From contig CAVSSJ010000007.1 in assembly GCA_963730595.1 (NCBI GenBank), forward strand, positions 2,580 to 66,579: DNA of 64,000 nucleotides, given 5' to 3'. The notes below the pieces were generated by a model that worked only from the letters and a program-made list of their open reading frames with translations, was not told the origin of the DNA and searched no databases. Below are positions 33,833 to 44,818 of the stretch, piece by piece. The position numbers were made by a program, and so were the translations under genes. Origin of the DNA: an uncultured Carnobacteriaceae bacterium (GTDB lineage Bacteria; Bacillota; Bacilli; Lactobacillales; Aerococcaceae). Each line of letters starts with the position of its first letter. The first letter of the stretch is position 1.

Positions 33833-34561
33833 TTATTTTTTGGCGGCGCGTTCGACGAAGTCGTTGAAAAAGAGCTGCATCAGCTCGGAATCGGGGATCA
33901 TGGTTTCCGGATGCCATTGGATGGCAAGGATGCTTTGCTCCGGATCGGTTGCTTCCAGGGCTTCCACGATGCCGTCCGGACTGTATCCGACCGGTTTCAG
34001 CCCTTTGGCGATCTCCTTCACGGCTTGGTGGTGATAGGAGTTTACCTGGATCTTCGCGCCGACCAGTTCATGCAGATGGCTGCCCGGTTCGGTGATGATC
34101 GAATGCGTCGGGAATCTGAAGGTGGTCTTTTGCACATGCTGGATTTTGATGTCGGGATAATCGTGATCCAGGTCTTGATACAAGGTCCCGCCCATTTGCA
34201 CGTTGAGGATCTGGATGCCGCGGCAGACCGCAAAGATCGGTTTCTTCTGCAGAAGGGCCTCAGCTATCAGCGCCATTTCAAATTCATCGCGCACTGGGAA
34301 GGTCGCCTGCATATGCAGCCCCGGCTCTTCTCCGTAGTAATGCGGGGAAACATCCTGTCCGCCGGTCAATAAAATCCCGTCCATTTTTGAAACGTAATCC
34401 TTCGCCGTTTCAGGGGCGCCGATCGGGATGACCAGCGGGTTGCCTTTTGCGGCATGGATTCCCTTGATGAAACCGTTCGGGGAATAAGCAACAGCCATTC
34501 CGCCGAAAACAGGGACACTCTCCAATAATTCATTTCCGGCGATGCCGATTAAAGGTCTCAT
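33833..34561 (-). CDS. Gamma-glutamyl-GABA hydrolase family (peptidase C26) glutamine amidotransferase
   Basis: 'GGQDV-P', 'CRGIQ', 'VNSYHHQA', 'QWHPE'. Confidence 0.92.
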   Translation of the reverse strand: MRPLIGIAGNELLESVPVFGGMAVAYSPNGFIKGIHAAKGNPLVIPIGAPETAKDYVSKMDGILLTGGQDVSPHYYGEEPGLHMQATFPVRDEFEMALIAEALLQKKPIFAVCRGIQILNVQMGGTLYQDLDHDYPDIKIQHVQKTTFRFPTHSIITEPGSHLHELVGAKIQVNSYHHQAVKEIAKGLKPVGYSPDGIVEALEATDPEQSILAIQWHPETMIPDSELMQLFFNDFVERAAKK

Positions 34562-34666
34562 TTTTTATCATTCCTTCCGTTGTGAAGCTTGCTTCCCTAT
34601 TGTACAACAGAACGATTAAGATGATAAGCTTTCCGACTTGGGATACAGGGGATTCGGCCGTTTAGA

Positions 34667-34681
34667 TTATAACGGTTCTAA
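34667..34681. promoter_or_regulatory. PerR/Fur-box-like site upstream of suf operon
   Basis: TTATAACGGTTCTAA versus TTATAATNATTATAA (3 mismatches). Confidence 0.45.
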
Positions 34682-34817
34682 TGTAAAGCATTTTTATTGC
34701 TGGATTTACTCGTTTTCAGTATTAATTCATTGCGAAAGGTTTTCAGTTAGTTTAGAATAGGGATAGTATTAATAATGAATATTTGATTAAATTACATAGA
34801 TTGTGAGGAGTTATTTT

Positions 34818-35591
34818 ATGTCTACATTAGAAGTGAAGGATCTGCATGTCTCCATCGAAGACAAAGAAATACTTAAAGGTGTTAACCTTGTTATGAACAC
34901 GGGAGAAATCCATGCCATCATGGGGCCGAACGGTACCGGTAAATCTACTTTATCACAAGCTATCATGGGCCATCCGAGCTACAAAATCACTCAAGGCGAA
35001 ATTCTGTTGGACGGCGTAGATGTGACCGAAATGGAAGTCGACGAACGTGCAAGAGCGGGCCTCTTCTTAGCGATGCAATACCCAAGCGAAATTACTGGCA
35101 TCACGAATGCTGAATTTATGCGTGCTGCCATCAACGCACGCCGTCCGGAAGACGATAAAATATCCGTCATGTCCTTCATCAAAAAATTGGATGAAAAAAT
35201 GGAAATTTTGAACATGCCGGAAGAAATGGCGGAACGCTATTTGAACGAAGGCTTCTCAGGCGGCGAAAAGAAACGCAATGAAATCCTGCAATTGATGATG
35301 ATCGAACCGACCTTCGCCATCCTGGATGAAATCGACTCCGGCTTGGATATCGACGCACTGAAGGTCGTTTCCAAAGGCGTGAACTTGATGGCCGGTCCCG
35401 ATTTCGGCGTCTTGATCATCACGCATTACCAACGTCTGTTGAACTATGTCAACCCTACCTTTGTGCATGTCATGATGGACGGACGCATCGTCAAATCCGG
35501 CGACGCAAGTCTGGCAAAACGTTTGGAAGCAGAAGGCTACCGCGGCATTCGCGATGAATTAGGCTTAGATATCCACTTGGATGAAGAATAG
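34818..35591 (+). CDS. sufC: Fe-S assembly ATPase
   Basis: 'GPNGTGKST', 'NEGFSGGEKKRNE'. Confidence 0.97.
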   Translation: MSTLEVKDLHVSIEDKEILKGVNLVMNTGEIHAIMGPNGTGKSTLSQAIMGHPSYKITQGEILLDGVDVTEMEVDERARAGLFLAMQYPSEITGITNAEFMRAAINARRPEDDKISVMSFIKKLDEKMEILNMPEEMAERYLNEGFSGGEKKRNEILQLMMIEPTFAILDEIDSGLDIDALKVVSKGVNLMAGPDFGVLIITHYQRLLNYVNPTFVHVMMDGRIVKSGDASLAKRLEAEGYRGIRDELGLDIHLDEE

Positions 35592-35602
35592 GAGGACGCA
35601 AC

Positions 35603-36895
35603 ATGCTGAATGAAGAAAAAGCGTCCCTATTGGATGCGGTTCGACTATTTTCCATCGAAAAAGAAGAGCCGGAATGGATGCACGCAAAACGCTTGGATAT
35701 GTTCGAAAAATACGAAACCCTGGCATTACCCTTGATGGAACGGATCAGCTACCATCGTTGGCCGCTGCTGGAGACAAACATCTCGGTTGAAGCGTATGGC
35801 GAGGAGCTTGAAAACAGTCAAGGCCTGCAATATGAAATGAACAACAACCCGAAACTGGTGCAATACGGCAAAGTGACCCTCATGGAACAGTTGCCGCAGC
35901 ATTTGATCGAACAAGGCGTCATTTTCACTGATCTGTTCACTGCCGCCCAAGAATATCCCGAATTGGTCAAGGAATACTATATGACGACAGCGGTGAAGCC
36001 GGAAGAGGACCGCTTCACTGCGTTCCATACAGCGTTCATGAACAGCGGCGTATTCATCTACATCCCCAAAAATGTCGTTGTGGAGGAACCGCTGGAAGCT
36101 CTATTCATCCAGAATTCACATGTGAAGGAAAGCTTCGTGAAACACGTGCTTTTGGTTGCCGATGTGAACAGTTCCGTGAAATACGTGGAGCGTTTCGAAA
36201 CGGAAGGCGCTGAAAAGAACAACGCTAACGTGGTCGTTGAGGTCATCGCCAAAGCCGGAGCGCACGTGAAGTTCTCCGCGGTCGATACATTCGGCGAAAA
36301 CACGAGCGTCTATCTGAACCGCCGCGGCCATCTGCTGAATGATTCCACCATCGACTGGGCCATCGGGGTCATGAATGACGGCAATGTCATTTCCGACTTC
36401 GACTCAGACCTTATCGGGGACGGTTCGCACAGCGAAATCAAAGTTGTGGCCATCTCTACCGGCAAACAAGTGCAAGGCATCGATACGCGCGTGACGAACT
36501 ACGGCAAACACTCGATCGGGCACATTCTGCAGCACGGCGTCATCATGGATCGTTCCACGTTGACATTCAACGGCATCGGCCACATCATCAAAGGCGCGAA
36601 AGGCGCAGATGCGCAACAGGAAAGCCGGGTCTTGATGCTGTCCGATAAAGCGCGAGGGGATGCGAATCCGATCCTCTTGATCGACGAGAATGATGTCACT
36701 GCCGGTCATGCGGCGAGCGTCGGGCGTGTCGATCCGGAAGATATGTTCTACCTGTTGAGCCGCGGTATCCCGAAAGCGGAAGCGGAACGTCTGGTTATCC
36801 GCGGATTCCTGGGTACCGTCATCGCAGCCATTCCGATCAAGGAAATCCGGGATAACTTGGTAGAGATGATCGAAAGGAAGTTGAAGAAAGCATGA
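35603..36895 (+). CDS. sufD: Fe-S assembly protein
   Basis: 'ANPILLIDENDVTAGHAASVG'; operon position. Confidence 0.96.
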   Translation: MLNEEKASLLDAVRLFSIEKEEPEWMHAKRLDMFEKYETLALPLMERISYHRWPLLETNISVEAYGEELENSQGLQYEMNNNPKLVQYGKVTLMEQLPQHLIEQGVIFTDLFTAAQEYPELVKEYYMTTAVKPEEDRFTAFHTAFMNSGVFIYIPKNVVVEEPLEALFIQNSHVKESFVKHVLLVADVNSSVKYVERFETEGAEKNNANVVVEVIAKAGAHVKFSAVDTFGENTSVYLNRRGHLLNDSTIDWAIGVMNDGNVISDFDSDLIGDGSHSEIKVVAISTGKQVQGIDTRVTNYGKHSIGHILQHGVIMDRSTLTFNGIGHIIKGAKGADAQQESRVLMLSDKARGDANPILLIDENDVTAGHAASVGRVDPEDMFYLLSRGIPKAEAERLVIRGFLGTVIAAIPIKEIRDNLVEMIERKLKKA

Positions 36896-38127
36896 TAGAT
36901 GCCAATAAAATAAAACAGGATTTTCCGATACTGTTTCAGTCAGTCAATGATGAACCATTGATCTATTTGGACAATGCCGCCACTTCCCAAAAACCGAGAC
37001 AAGTGCTGGATGCCATCCAACACTATTACGAGCATGACAATGCCAACATCCATCGCGGGGTGCATACCCTTGCGGAGCGTGCGACTACCCACTATGAAGA
37101 GGCACGGGAGAAATTGCGCCGTTTCATCAATGCGGCGTCAACGAAAGAGGTGCTCTTCACGAGAGGCACCACGACAGGGCTTAACTGGGTTTCGCGCAGC
37201 TTCGGCGACAGCGTCATCGAAGAAGGGGACGAAATCTACATCACACCCATGGAGCACCATTCCAATGTGGTTCCGTGGCAGCAATTGGCGAAACGCAAAA
37301 ACGCCAAACTGGTCTACTTGCCGTTGACGGCGGACGGGTTTGTGGATGTCCAGAAATCTGCTGAAGTCATTTCTGCCAAAGGCAAAATCTTATCCGTCTG
37401 TCATGCTTCGAATGTTCTGGGCATCACGAATCCGATCAAGGAACTGGCGGAGTTGATCCACCGACAAAATGGCTACATCGTCGTGGACGGGGCGCAATCG
37501 GTGCCGCACATGAAAGTCGATGTTCAAGCGCTGGATGCGGATTTTTACGCCTTCAGCGGCCATAAAATGCTGGGTCCGACTGGTTCGGGCATCTTATACG
37601 GGAAAGAAGCCTTGCTTAATGCGATGGAACCCGTCGAATTCGGCGGCGAAATGATCGATTTCGTCTACGACTACGAAAGCACCTGGAACGTCCTGCCTTG
37701 GAAATTTGAAGCAGGCACACCGAATATCGTAGGGGGCATCGGACTCGGTGCCGCTGTCGATTACTTGGAAGCCATCGGCATGGATGAAATCGAAGCCTAT
37801 GAAAAAGAGCTCGTCAGATACGTCTTGCCGAAGCTGCAAGCCATCGAAGGCATTTCCGTCTATGGTCCCGCTGACCCGGAAAAACATACCGGCGTCATCA
37901 CCTTCAACTTGGACGGCATCCATCCCCATGATCTGGCTACGGCTTTCGATATGGAGGGCATCGCTGTCCGCGCCGGCCACCACTGTGCACAGACGCTGAT
38001 GCGTTACTTGGACGTCCATGCGACGGCGAGGGCTAGTTTCTATTTTTACAATACATTTGAAGATGCGGACCGTTTCATTGATTCGCTGAAAAAAATAAAG
38101 GAGTTTTTCAAAGATGGCTTTATCTAA
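36892..38127 (+). CDS. sufS: Cysteine desulfurase
   Basis: 'YLDNAATSQKP', 'FSGHKM', 'RAGHHCA'. Confidence 0.97.
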   Translation: MIDANKIKQDFPILFQSVNDEPLIYLDNAATSQKPRQVLDAIQHYYEHDNANIHRGVHTLAERATTHYEEAREKLRRFINAASTKEVLFTRGTTTGLNWVSRSFGDSVIEEGDEIYITPMEHHSNVVPWQQLAKRKNAKLVYLPLTADGFVDVQKSAEVISAKGKILSVCHASNVLGITNPIKELAELIHRQNGYIVVDGAQSVPHMKVDVQALDADFYAFSGHKMLGPTGSGILYGKEALLNAMEPVEFGGEMIDFVYDYESTWNVLPWKFEAGTPNIVGGIGLGAAVDYLEAIGMDEIEAYEKELVRYVLPKLQAIEGISVYGPADPEKHTGVITFNLDGIHPHDLATAFDMEGIAVRAGHHCAQTLMRYLDVHATARASFYFYNTFEDADRFIDSLKKIKEFFKDGFI

Positions 38128-38599
38128 ACTTGATAACCTATATCGTTATGTCATTCTGGATCACTCCAGTCATCCGCATAATTTTGGTACGCTTGAACAC
38201 GCCGACGAACAGATCGAATTGAACAATCCTACCTGTGGCGATGTCATCACCTTGCAATTGGCTATGGAAGATGGCGTCATCAAACAGGCCAAATTCTCCG
38301 GCCATGGCTGCAGCATCAGCACGGCCAGCGCGAGCATGATGACCGATGTGATCATAGGCAAAACAAAAGATGAGGCTCTTGCTTTGGCGAAAGAATTTTT
38401 CCTGCTGGTCCAAGATAAGATTGAACCAAATGAGGCACATCTGGGCGAAGCGGTTGTCCTTAACGGCGTGGCCAAATTTCCGGCCCGCATCAAATGCGCT
38501 ACCCTGGCGTGGAAAGCGTTGGAAAGAGCGATCACGCAAGACGAACAAGAAAAAGGGGAAAAACAAGCTGATTCCTCGCATGAAGGAGAGATTTTATGA
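38114..38599 (+). CDS. sufU: SUF system NifU-like sulfur-transfer protein
   Basis: 'NPTCGD', '[10 protein letters not shown]', 'RIKCATL'. Confidence 0.96.
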   Translation: MALSKLDNLYRYVILDHSSHPHNFGTLEHADEQIELNNPTCGDVITLQLAMEDGVIKQAKFSGHGCSISTASASMMTDVIIGKTKDEALALAKEFFLLVQDKIEPNEAHLGEAVVLNGVAKFPARIKCATLAWKALERAITQDEQEKGEKQADSSHEGEIL

Positions 38600-39990
38600 G
38601 TGATGTACCAGTAGTTGGCGATTATAAATTTGGCTTTCATGACAATGCGGAAATCATTTATTCGACGGGGAAAAGTCTGACGGAAGGCGTCATCAGAGAT
38701 ATGTCCGAAGAAAAAGGGGAACCGCAATGGATGCTGGATTTCCGCCTTAAATCATTAGAAGCATACCGGAAAAGTTCGCTTCCGAAGTGGGGCCCCGACC
38801 TATCCGATCTGAATTTCGACGAAATCACCTACTTCCAGAAGGCTACCGATAAAGTAGCCAGAACGTGGGATGATGTGCCGGATGAAATCAAAGAAACGTT
38901 TGAAAAAATCGGCATCCCGGAAGCGGAACGCGCCTACTTGGCGGGTGTCACGGTCCAGTATGAATCAGAGGCTGTCTACCACAACATGAAGGAAGAATTC
39001 GAGAAACTGGGGATCATCTTCACGGATACGGATACCGCCGTGCGTGAGTACCCGGAGCTGTTCAAGGAGTATTTCGCTACAGTCGTCCCACCGACGGATA
39101 ACTTTGAAGCGGCATTGAACTCTGCGGTATGGTCAGGCGGAACTTTCATCTATGTACCGAAAGGCGTCAAATGTGATGTGCCGCTGCAAACCTACTTCCG
39201 CATCAACAATGAAGGATCCGGCCAATTCGAACGGACGTTGATCGTCGTTGATGAAGGAGCCAGCGTCCACTATGTGGAAGGCTGTACAGCGCCGACTTTT
39301 TCATCAGATAGTCTGCATGCAGCTGTCGTTGAGATCATCGTCAAGAAGGATGCGTACTGCCGTTACACGACCATCCAAAACTGGTCGAACAATGTGTACA
39401 ACTTGGTGACGAAACGTGCCGTTGCCTATGAAAATGCGACGATGGAATGGATCGACGGAAACTTGGGTTCACGGGTAACCATGAAATATCCAGCCGTCAT
39501 CCTGAACGGACGTGGCGCAAGAGGGACTATGTTGTCGGTTGCTTTTGCCGGCAAAGGTCAGAACCAGGATACCGGGGCTAAAATGATCCACAATGCGCCG
39601 AATACGTCCAGTTCAATTGTTTCCAAGTCCATCGCCAAAGACGGCGGAGCGGTCAACTACCGTGGCCAAGTGAAGTTCGGCAAGAATTCGCAAGGGTCGA
39701 TTTCGCACATCGAGTGCGACACGATCATCATGGATGATATTTCGACTTCCGATACGATCCCGTTCAATGAAATCCACAACGGCCATGTGTCGTTGGAGCA
39801 TGAAGCGAAAGTTTCAAAAATATCCGAAGAACAACTGTATTACTTGATGAGCCGCGGATTGACCGAATCCCAAGCGACCGAAATGATCGTCATGGGCTTC
39901 GTCGAACCATTCACGAAGGAACTTCCGATGGAGTATGCGGTCGAGTTGAATAGACTGATTGCGTATGAGATGGAAGGGTCAGTGGGATAA
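38596..39990 (+). CDS. sufB: Fe-S assembly scaffold
   Basis: 'QYESE', 'GQFERTL', 'YVEGCTAP', 'ELPMEYAVE'. Confidence 0.97.
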   Translation: MSDVPVVGDYKFGFHDNAEIIYSTGKSLTEGVIRDMSEEKGEPQWMLDFRLKSLEAYRKSSLPKWGPDLSDLNFDEITYFQKATDKVARTWDDVPDEIKETFEKIGIPEAERAYLAGVTVQYESEAVYHNMKEEFEKLGIIFTDTDTAVREYPELFKEYFATVVPPTDNFEAALNSAVWSGGTFIYVPKGVKCDVPLQTYFRINNEGSGQFERTLIVVDEGASVHYVEGCTAPTFSSDSLHAAVVEIIVKKDAYCRYTTIQNWSNNVYNLVTKRAVAYENATMEWIDGNLGSRVTMKYPAVILNGRGARGTMLSVAFAGKGQNQDTGAKMIHNAPNTSSSIVSKSIAKDGGAVNYRGQVKFGKNSQGSISHIECDTIIMDDISTSDTIPFNEIHNGHVSLEHEAKVSKISEEQLYYLMSRGLTESQATEMIVMGFVEPFTKELPMEYAVELNRLIAYEMEGSVG

Positions 39991-40002
39991 TAATTGAAAA
40001 AT

Positions 40003-40045
40003 ACAGCCGGAAACGTTGATACACTGACGTTTCCGGCTTTTTTGT
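40003..40045 (+). terminator. suf operon terminator
   Basis: agccggaaacgt...acgtttccggctttttt. Confidence 0.88.
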
Positions 40046-40070
40046 TTGCTTTGAGCGTGGGTAGGGGGCC

Positions 40071-40305
40071 GGATTCCCGGCGAGGGCTGCTTCGCCGAGA
40101 AATAGCGAGTGGAACGGCGTTGGATTCTCGGAGAGGATTGCTTCACCGGGAAACAGCACATTAATCAGAGCCGAATCTCCTATGAGGACCATCTCACCGG
40201 AAATCATCTATTCTGCCGGGCTCAAATCCCCGATGAGAGCCCCCCATACAGAGAACACCGAGGCGAACGGAATCAAATTCCTGGCGAGGCCGGGATACCT
40301 GATAG
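40071..40305 (+). repeat. 51-bp-period degenerate hairpin array A (about 5 units)
   Basis: Unit starts 40071, 40122, 40173, 40224, 40275; core approximately GAATCYCCGGYGAGG-N4-TTCACCGGRAAA. Confidence 0.9.
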
Positions 40306-40504
40306 CTGATATCCGTTCAGATTTTTTGCAAAATTAAATAATCATGGTTGCGCTTCATTTTTTATTTTCATAATCAAACGCACGATATTTACGAATTAAA
40401 GTATCAAGAAGGCAACACATCTTGTGAAAGGGCTGGATAGTGATGTATTCTAATGGCAATTCAGAAAGTAATGAATTTCATGAAATGTGGGAGGAGGGAA
40501 TAAA

Positions 40505-41272
40505 ATGTCAAGTTTCTTTAGTTGGGATCTAGTATGGGAGTTTTTTCCAAAAATTCTCAGTGCGTTGCCCGTGACATTGTTGATTGTAGGCATTGCGACT
40601 CTTGTAGGCTTGGTGTTAGGAAGTTTTATTGCGTTCATACGGGTGGAAAAAATACCGATATTGAGTCAAATAGCCGCAGTATTTGTTTCCTTTATTCGCG
40701 GGACGCCGATTCTTGTCCAGTTATACATCGTTTATTACGGTGTACCCAGCCTCTTACAGGCGATTCAAATTGATGTGTCATCATGGAACAAAATTATCTT
40801 TATCTATATCACGTACGGATTGAATACCGCGGCATTTCAATCAGAAACCGTCCGTGCCGCAATCTTGAGTGTACCTACCACGCAGAAAGAAGCAAGCATT
40901 GCTTGCGGACTGACGAAGTCGCAAATGTACCTGCGTGTCATTCTTCCGCAAGTTGTTCTCGTGGCATTACCATCATTTGGTACCACTACTGTTGCTTTGC
41001 TGCAGGATACATCACTGGCATTTACGATCGGGATAGTGGATGTGGTTGGGAAAGCGCGGGCCATTGGTGCCGTGACCTTCCACACGTTAGAAGGCTACGT
41101 AGGCGCGGCAGTGCTGTTTATTACGTTGAGCATCATTCTTGAACGAGTCTTTGACTTGTTGGAAAAACGGATGAATTTCGCAGAAGCAAAGAAAACGTCG
41201 TTCCAACTTCCAAGGCTATTATTTATTAAAAAGGTTCAAATTACAAAGGTTCAAAAAATCGAGACAAATTGA
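40505..41272 (+). CDS. Polar amino acid ABC permease
   Basis: 'RGTPILVQL', EAA loop 'QKEASIACGL', 'ILPQ'. Confidence 0.9.
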   Translation: MSSFFSWDLVWEFFPKILSALPVTLLIVGIATLVGLVLGSFIAFIRVEKIPILSQIAAVFVSFIRGTPILVQLYIVYYGVPSLLQAIQIDVSSWNKIIFIYITYGLNTAAFQSETVRAAILSVPTTQKEASIACGLTKSQMYLRVILPQVVLVALPSFGTTTVALLQDTSLAFTIGIVDVVGKARAIGAVTFHTLEGYVGAAVLFITLSIILERVFDLLEKRMNFAEAKKTSFQLPRLLFIKKVQITKVQKIETN

Positions 41273-41285
41273 AGGAGGATTCATT

Positions 41286-42104
41286 ATGAAAAAATCAACA
41301 TTGGGATTTGGAGCTAGTTTATTGGTAGCAGGGATTATCTTGGCTGGGTGCAGCAGCGGTTCTGCTGAAACTGAGAGCGCAACAGACAGCGGAGCAACAG
41401 AGATTAAAGTAGGTACAGGGAACGAAGCTCTGCCGTATGCTTATTTAGATGAAAACGGCGAATATGATGGCTATGATGTTGCTGTAGTGAAAGCCATTGA
41501 TGAAAAATTGGCGGATTACACGTTTACTTTTGAAGGAGCGGACTTTCCCACAACATTGTCAAATTTAGAGAGCGATAAGGTTCAGATGGCGGCCTTTGAA
41601 CTTGAAGTGAATGCAGAGCGCCAAGAAAAATTTGTATACGGGGATGTCGGTTACGTAGTATGGGATACTTACATTGTTTCGGATCCGGATGCAGGAACGG
41701 TTTATGAGTCCTTTGCTGATCTTGCCGGGAAAAAAGTATACGCCACAACTGCGACGAATCAGGCAGCGATGGCTGATTCGTATTTAGAAGAAAACCCAGG
41801 TGCCTTTGAATTAGTTTATGGAGAATACAATAACGAACAGATCGTTCAAGCAATTACGTCAGGAGCAGTGGATGCAAGTTTAGCGCCAAAATATCAAGTT
41901 GATAACTGGAACCGTTCCTTTAATGAAAACTTAGCAATCGGCAGTGAACCAGTGCATAATTCGGATGCCTACCTGCTATTCAATAAAGAAACCGACCCAG
42001 CTTTTATCGATGCCGTGAATACAGCATTAGAGGAATTAAAAGCGGATGGAAGCATTAAAGAACTTTCCGAAAAATATTTAGATGGTGATTATGTGCCAGA
42101 ATAA
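41286..42104 (+). CDS. Amino acid ABC substrate-binding lipoprotein (SBP family 3)
   Basis: Lipobox 'ILAGC', 'DGYDV', 'ELKADG', 'LSEKY'. Confidence 0.9.
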   Translation: MKKSTLGFGASLLVAGIILAGCSSGSAETESATDSGATEIKVGTGNEALPYAYLDENGEYDGYDVAVVKAIDEKLADYTFTFEGADFPTTLSNLESDKVQMAAFELEVNAERQEKFVYGDVGYVVWDTYIVSDPDAGTVYESFADLAGKKVYATTATNQAAMADSYLEENPGAFELVYGEYNNEQIVQAITSGAVDASLAPKYQVDNWNRSFNENLAIGSEPVHNSDAYLLFNKETDPAFIDAVNTALEELKADGSIKELSEKYLDGDYVPE

Positions 42105-42119
42105 GAAAGGATGAGGGCC

Positions 42120-42830
42120 ATGAGTTTCAAATTTGAGGTGATGATCCAATCATTGAAAGTAGCAAGCCAATACATTGGCACAACATTATTCATGGCAATC
42201 ACAGCGATAGTCATTGGCGTTATTTTAGGGTTAGGAATAGCGCTGATCCGACTTTATCGCATCAAAGGACTGAGCCAGTTTTTTCAAGTGGTGGTCACTT
42301 TGTTGAAAGGCATTCCGATGGTGTTGATTATTCTCGCTCTGTACTTGATCGCTTCCAAACAGTTTGATGTTTGGTCGGAATCCATGAATTGGTCACTACG
42401 GTTCAGAGATTTCAACATGGTTTGGATCGCCATTTCTGCATTGAGTCTATTGGCCACGATCAATAGCAGCGAGATTTTTCGCGGGGCATTTGCGGCTGTC
42501 AAAAAAGGGCAGTTCGATGCCGCCAAATCTATAGGCTTGACCAACCTTCAAACGATTCGTCGGGTTCTGTTGCCGCAAGCAATTCCTATTTCTTTACCGA
42601 TGTTCAGTAATTTATTGATCAGTTTGGTCAAAGCCTCTTCCTTAGCGTCGATGGTCAGTGTTGTCGATGTGTTTGCAGCTGCGAAGATCACAGCCCAGCA
42701 AAACTACCGGTTCTTGGAAGCATATGTGGCGGTTGCGGTCATTTATTGGGGAATCAGCTTAGTGATTGAAAAAGGTGCGCAACTTCTTGAAGAACGCATG
42801 ACCCGCAGATTGAGGAGGGCGATTTTATGA
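42120..42830 (+). CDS. Polar amino acid ABC permease
   Basis: 'EIFRGA', 'GQFDAAKSIGL', 'LLPQA'. Confidence 0.9.
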   Translation: MSFKFEVMIQSLKVASQYIGTTLFMAITAIVIGVILGLGIALIRLYRIKGLSQFFQVVVTLLKGIPMVLIILALYLIASKQFDVWSESMNWSLRFRDFNMVWIAISALSLLATINSSEIFRGAFAAVKKGQFDAAKSIGLTNLQTIRRVLLPQAIPISLPMFSNLLISLVKASSLASMVSVVDVFAAAKITAQQNYRFLEAYVAVAVIYWGISLVIEKGAQLLEERMTRRLRRAIL

Positions 42831-43573
42831 TGGAAGTACGCAATATCCACAAGCGATTTGGCAAACAAGAAGTTCTCAAAGGCATCGATATGGATGTTGC
42901 CAAAGGCGAAGTTGTCACCCTTCTGGGGCCAAGCGGTTCCGGCAAAACTACCTTTCTCCGCTGCCTGAATTTTTTGGAACGGGCAGATGAAGGCAGCATT
43001 CTCTTAGGCGAGACTGAAACGATTGTAAATAAAGCCAATGCAAAGGAGATTTTGGCGCATCAACGCCAAACAGCGATGGTCTTTCAAAATTATGCGTTGT
43101 TCCATAACAAGACAGCGCGCGAAAATATTGTGATGCCGCTTTTACTGACGAAAAAAAAGACAAAGCAAGAAGCGTATGAATTAGCGGATACGTTGCTGGA
43201 ACAAGTGGGATTGTCCGAGCGCAAAGATTTTTATCCCAGTCAATTATCCGGCGGCCAGCAGCAACGAATCGGAATTGCGCGAGCGTTGGCGTTGAATCCC
43301 AAAGTGATATTGTTCGATGAACCGACTTCAGCGTTGGATCCGGAATTAGTGGGACAAACTCTGTCTCTCCTGCGGGACATCGCTGAAACGGGAGCAACGA
43401 TGGTGCTGGTGACGCATGAGATGAAATTCGCTTATGAAGTGTCAGACAAAATAGTCTTTATGGAAAACGGCCAAGTCGTTGAACAAGGAACGCCTAAAGA
43501 AGTGTTTGAACAAACCAAAGAAGAGCGGACCAAAGCCTTTTTGGCCCGTTTCACAAATCAAATGGCTAGATAG
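42827..43573 (+). CDS. Amino acid ABC ATP-binding protein
   Basis: 'GPSGSGKTT', 'LSGGQQQR', '[11 protein letters not shown]'. Confidence 0.94.
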   Translation: MMEVRNIHKRFGKQEVLKGIDMDVAKGEVVTLLGPSGSGKTTFLRCLNFLERADEGSILLGETETIVNKANAKEILAHQRQTAMVFQNYALFHNKTARENIVMPLLLTKKKTKQEAYELADTLLEQVGLSERKDFYPSQLSGGQQQRIGIARALALNPKVILFDEPTSALDPELVGQTLSLLRDIAETGATMVLVTHEMKFAYEVSDKIVFMENGQVVEQGTPKEVFEQTKEERTKAFLARFTNQMAR

Positions 43574-43586
43574 GGGAGGAAATCAG

Positions 43587-44807
43587 ATGGCATATCGTTT
43601 CGCAAATCGTATCAAGGAATTGAAATCATCTCCTTTAAGAGATAATGCAAGTAAAAACATGGAACTCAAAGATGTGATCTCATTTGCTTACGGCTATCCG
43701 CCGGTTGAAGCTTTTCCAATGGAGACCCTACAAAAAATTTCGCAAAAATTATACACGGAAGTCGATCCGGAAACGTTTTTGCAATATGGTGCTTCCGAAG
43801 GCTATCCCTTGCTGCGTAAGCTAGTCAAAGAACGGCTGGCGGCAACCGCCAATCTTCAGAATGAGGAACAGGTGCTGATAACATCGGGTTCCACCCAAGC
43901 AATGGATATTGCCGTGAAAGTCTTTTGTGATGAGGGAGACGTCGTTCTGTGCGAAGAACAAACCTTTTCAGGCGCGGTGAATGCGATCAAAGGCTATGGA
44001 GCCATTCCCGTACCGATTCCGATGAACGTTGCAGAAGAATCCGTCGATTTGGAAGCGCTGGAAGAACTGTTGCGTTTTGACCAACGCATCAAGTTTATAT
44101 ACCTCATTCCCACCTTTCAAAATCCTTTAGGGACATCGATTCCTCTGGAAAAACGCCAAGCGATTTACAGCTTGGCCCAAAAATATGATGTGCTTATTTT
44201 CGAAGATGATCCTTACGGCGATCTCTTGTACTACGGCGAACCGATCATGAAGCTGAAGGAGATGGATACGGACGGGCGTGTCATGTATGCGGGCTCGTTT
44301 TCCAAAATTTTGGCACCCAGCGCGAGGTTAGGCTTTATCATGGCGCCGGATGAAATCATGGAAAAACTGGCTTTAGCCAAGCAAGTATCTGATTCCCATA
44401 CCAATTTTTATTGGCAAGTGATGCTGGCGGAATTCATGCTGAATCACCAATTTGAAGAACATGTCTCGGCGTTGAAACTGTACTATAAAGAAAAGTTCGA
44501 AACGATGGTTGCAGGCCTGGAAGCATTGCCGAAAGACAAAATTCAGTTCATCAAACCGACTGGCGGCTATTTTATCTGCTGCAAGATGGCGGATGAACTG
44601 GATCCGGAAACATTCTATACGGCATTGGACGAAGCCAAGGTCGCAGTCATCCCTGGCAACGTGATGAGTGTGGCGCAAGAAGGGTACGAACATTCTTTCC
44701 GCTTGAACTTCACCAAACCCACGCTGGCGGAAATCATGGACGGGGTAAAAGTGATCGGTGAAGCTTTGGAACAAGCAACGCCTGCAGCGTACAAACAAGT
44801 GATTTGA
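43587..44807 (+). CDS. PLP-dependent class I aminotransferase (LysN/ARO8-like)
   Basis: 'ITSGSTQA', 'FQNPLG', 'EDDPY', 'GSFSKILAP-ARLG'. Confidence 0.9.
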   Translation: MAYRFANRIKELKSSPLRDNASKNMELKDVISFAYGYPPVEAFPMETLQKISQKLYTEVDPETFLQYGASEGYPLLRKLVKERLAATANLQNEEQVLITSGSTQAMDIAVKVFCDEGDVVLCEEQTFSGAVNAIKGYGAIPVPIPMNVAEESVDLEALEELLRFDQRIKFIYLIPTFQNPLGTSIPLEKRQAIYSLAQKYDVLIFEDDPYGDLLYYGEPIMKLKEMDTDGRVMYAGSFSKILAPSARLGFIMAPDEIMEKLALAKQVSDSHTNFYWQVMLAEFMLNHQFEEHVSALKLYYKEKFETMVAGLEALPKDKIQFIKPTGGYFICCKMADELDPETFYTALDEAKVAVIPGNVMSVAQEGYEHSFRLNFTKPTLAEIMDGVKVIGEALEQATPAAYKQVI

Positions 44808-44818
44808 GGAGGGTATCT

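Noticed and set aside
33672-34034. 120-aa plus-strand ORF across the 52-bp array
   Set aside because: It overlaps a non-triplet repeat and the antisense strand of the peptidase C26 gene, and has no RBS.
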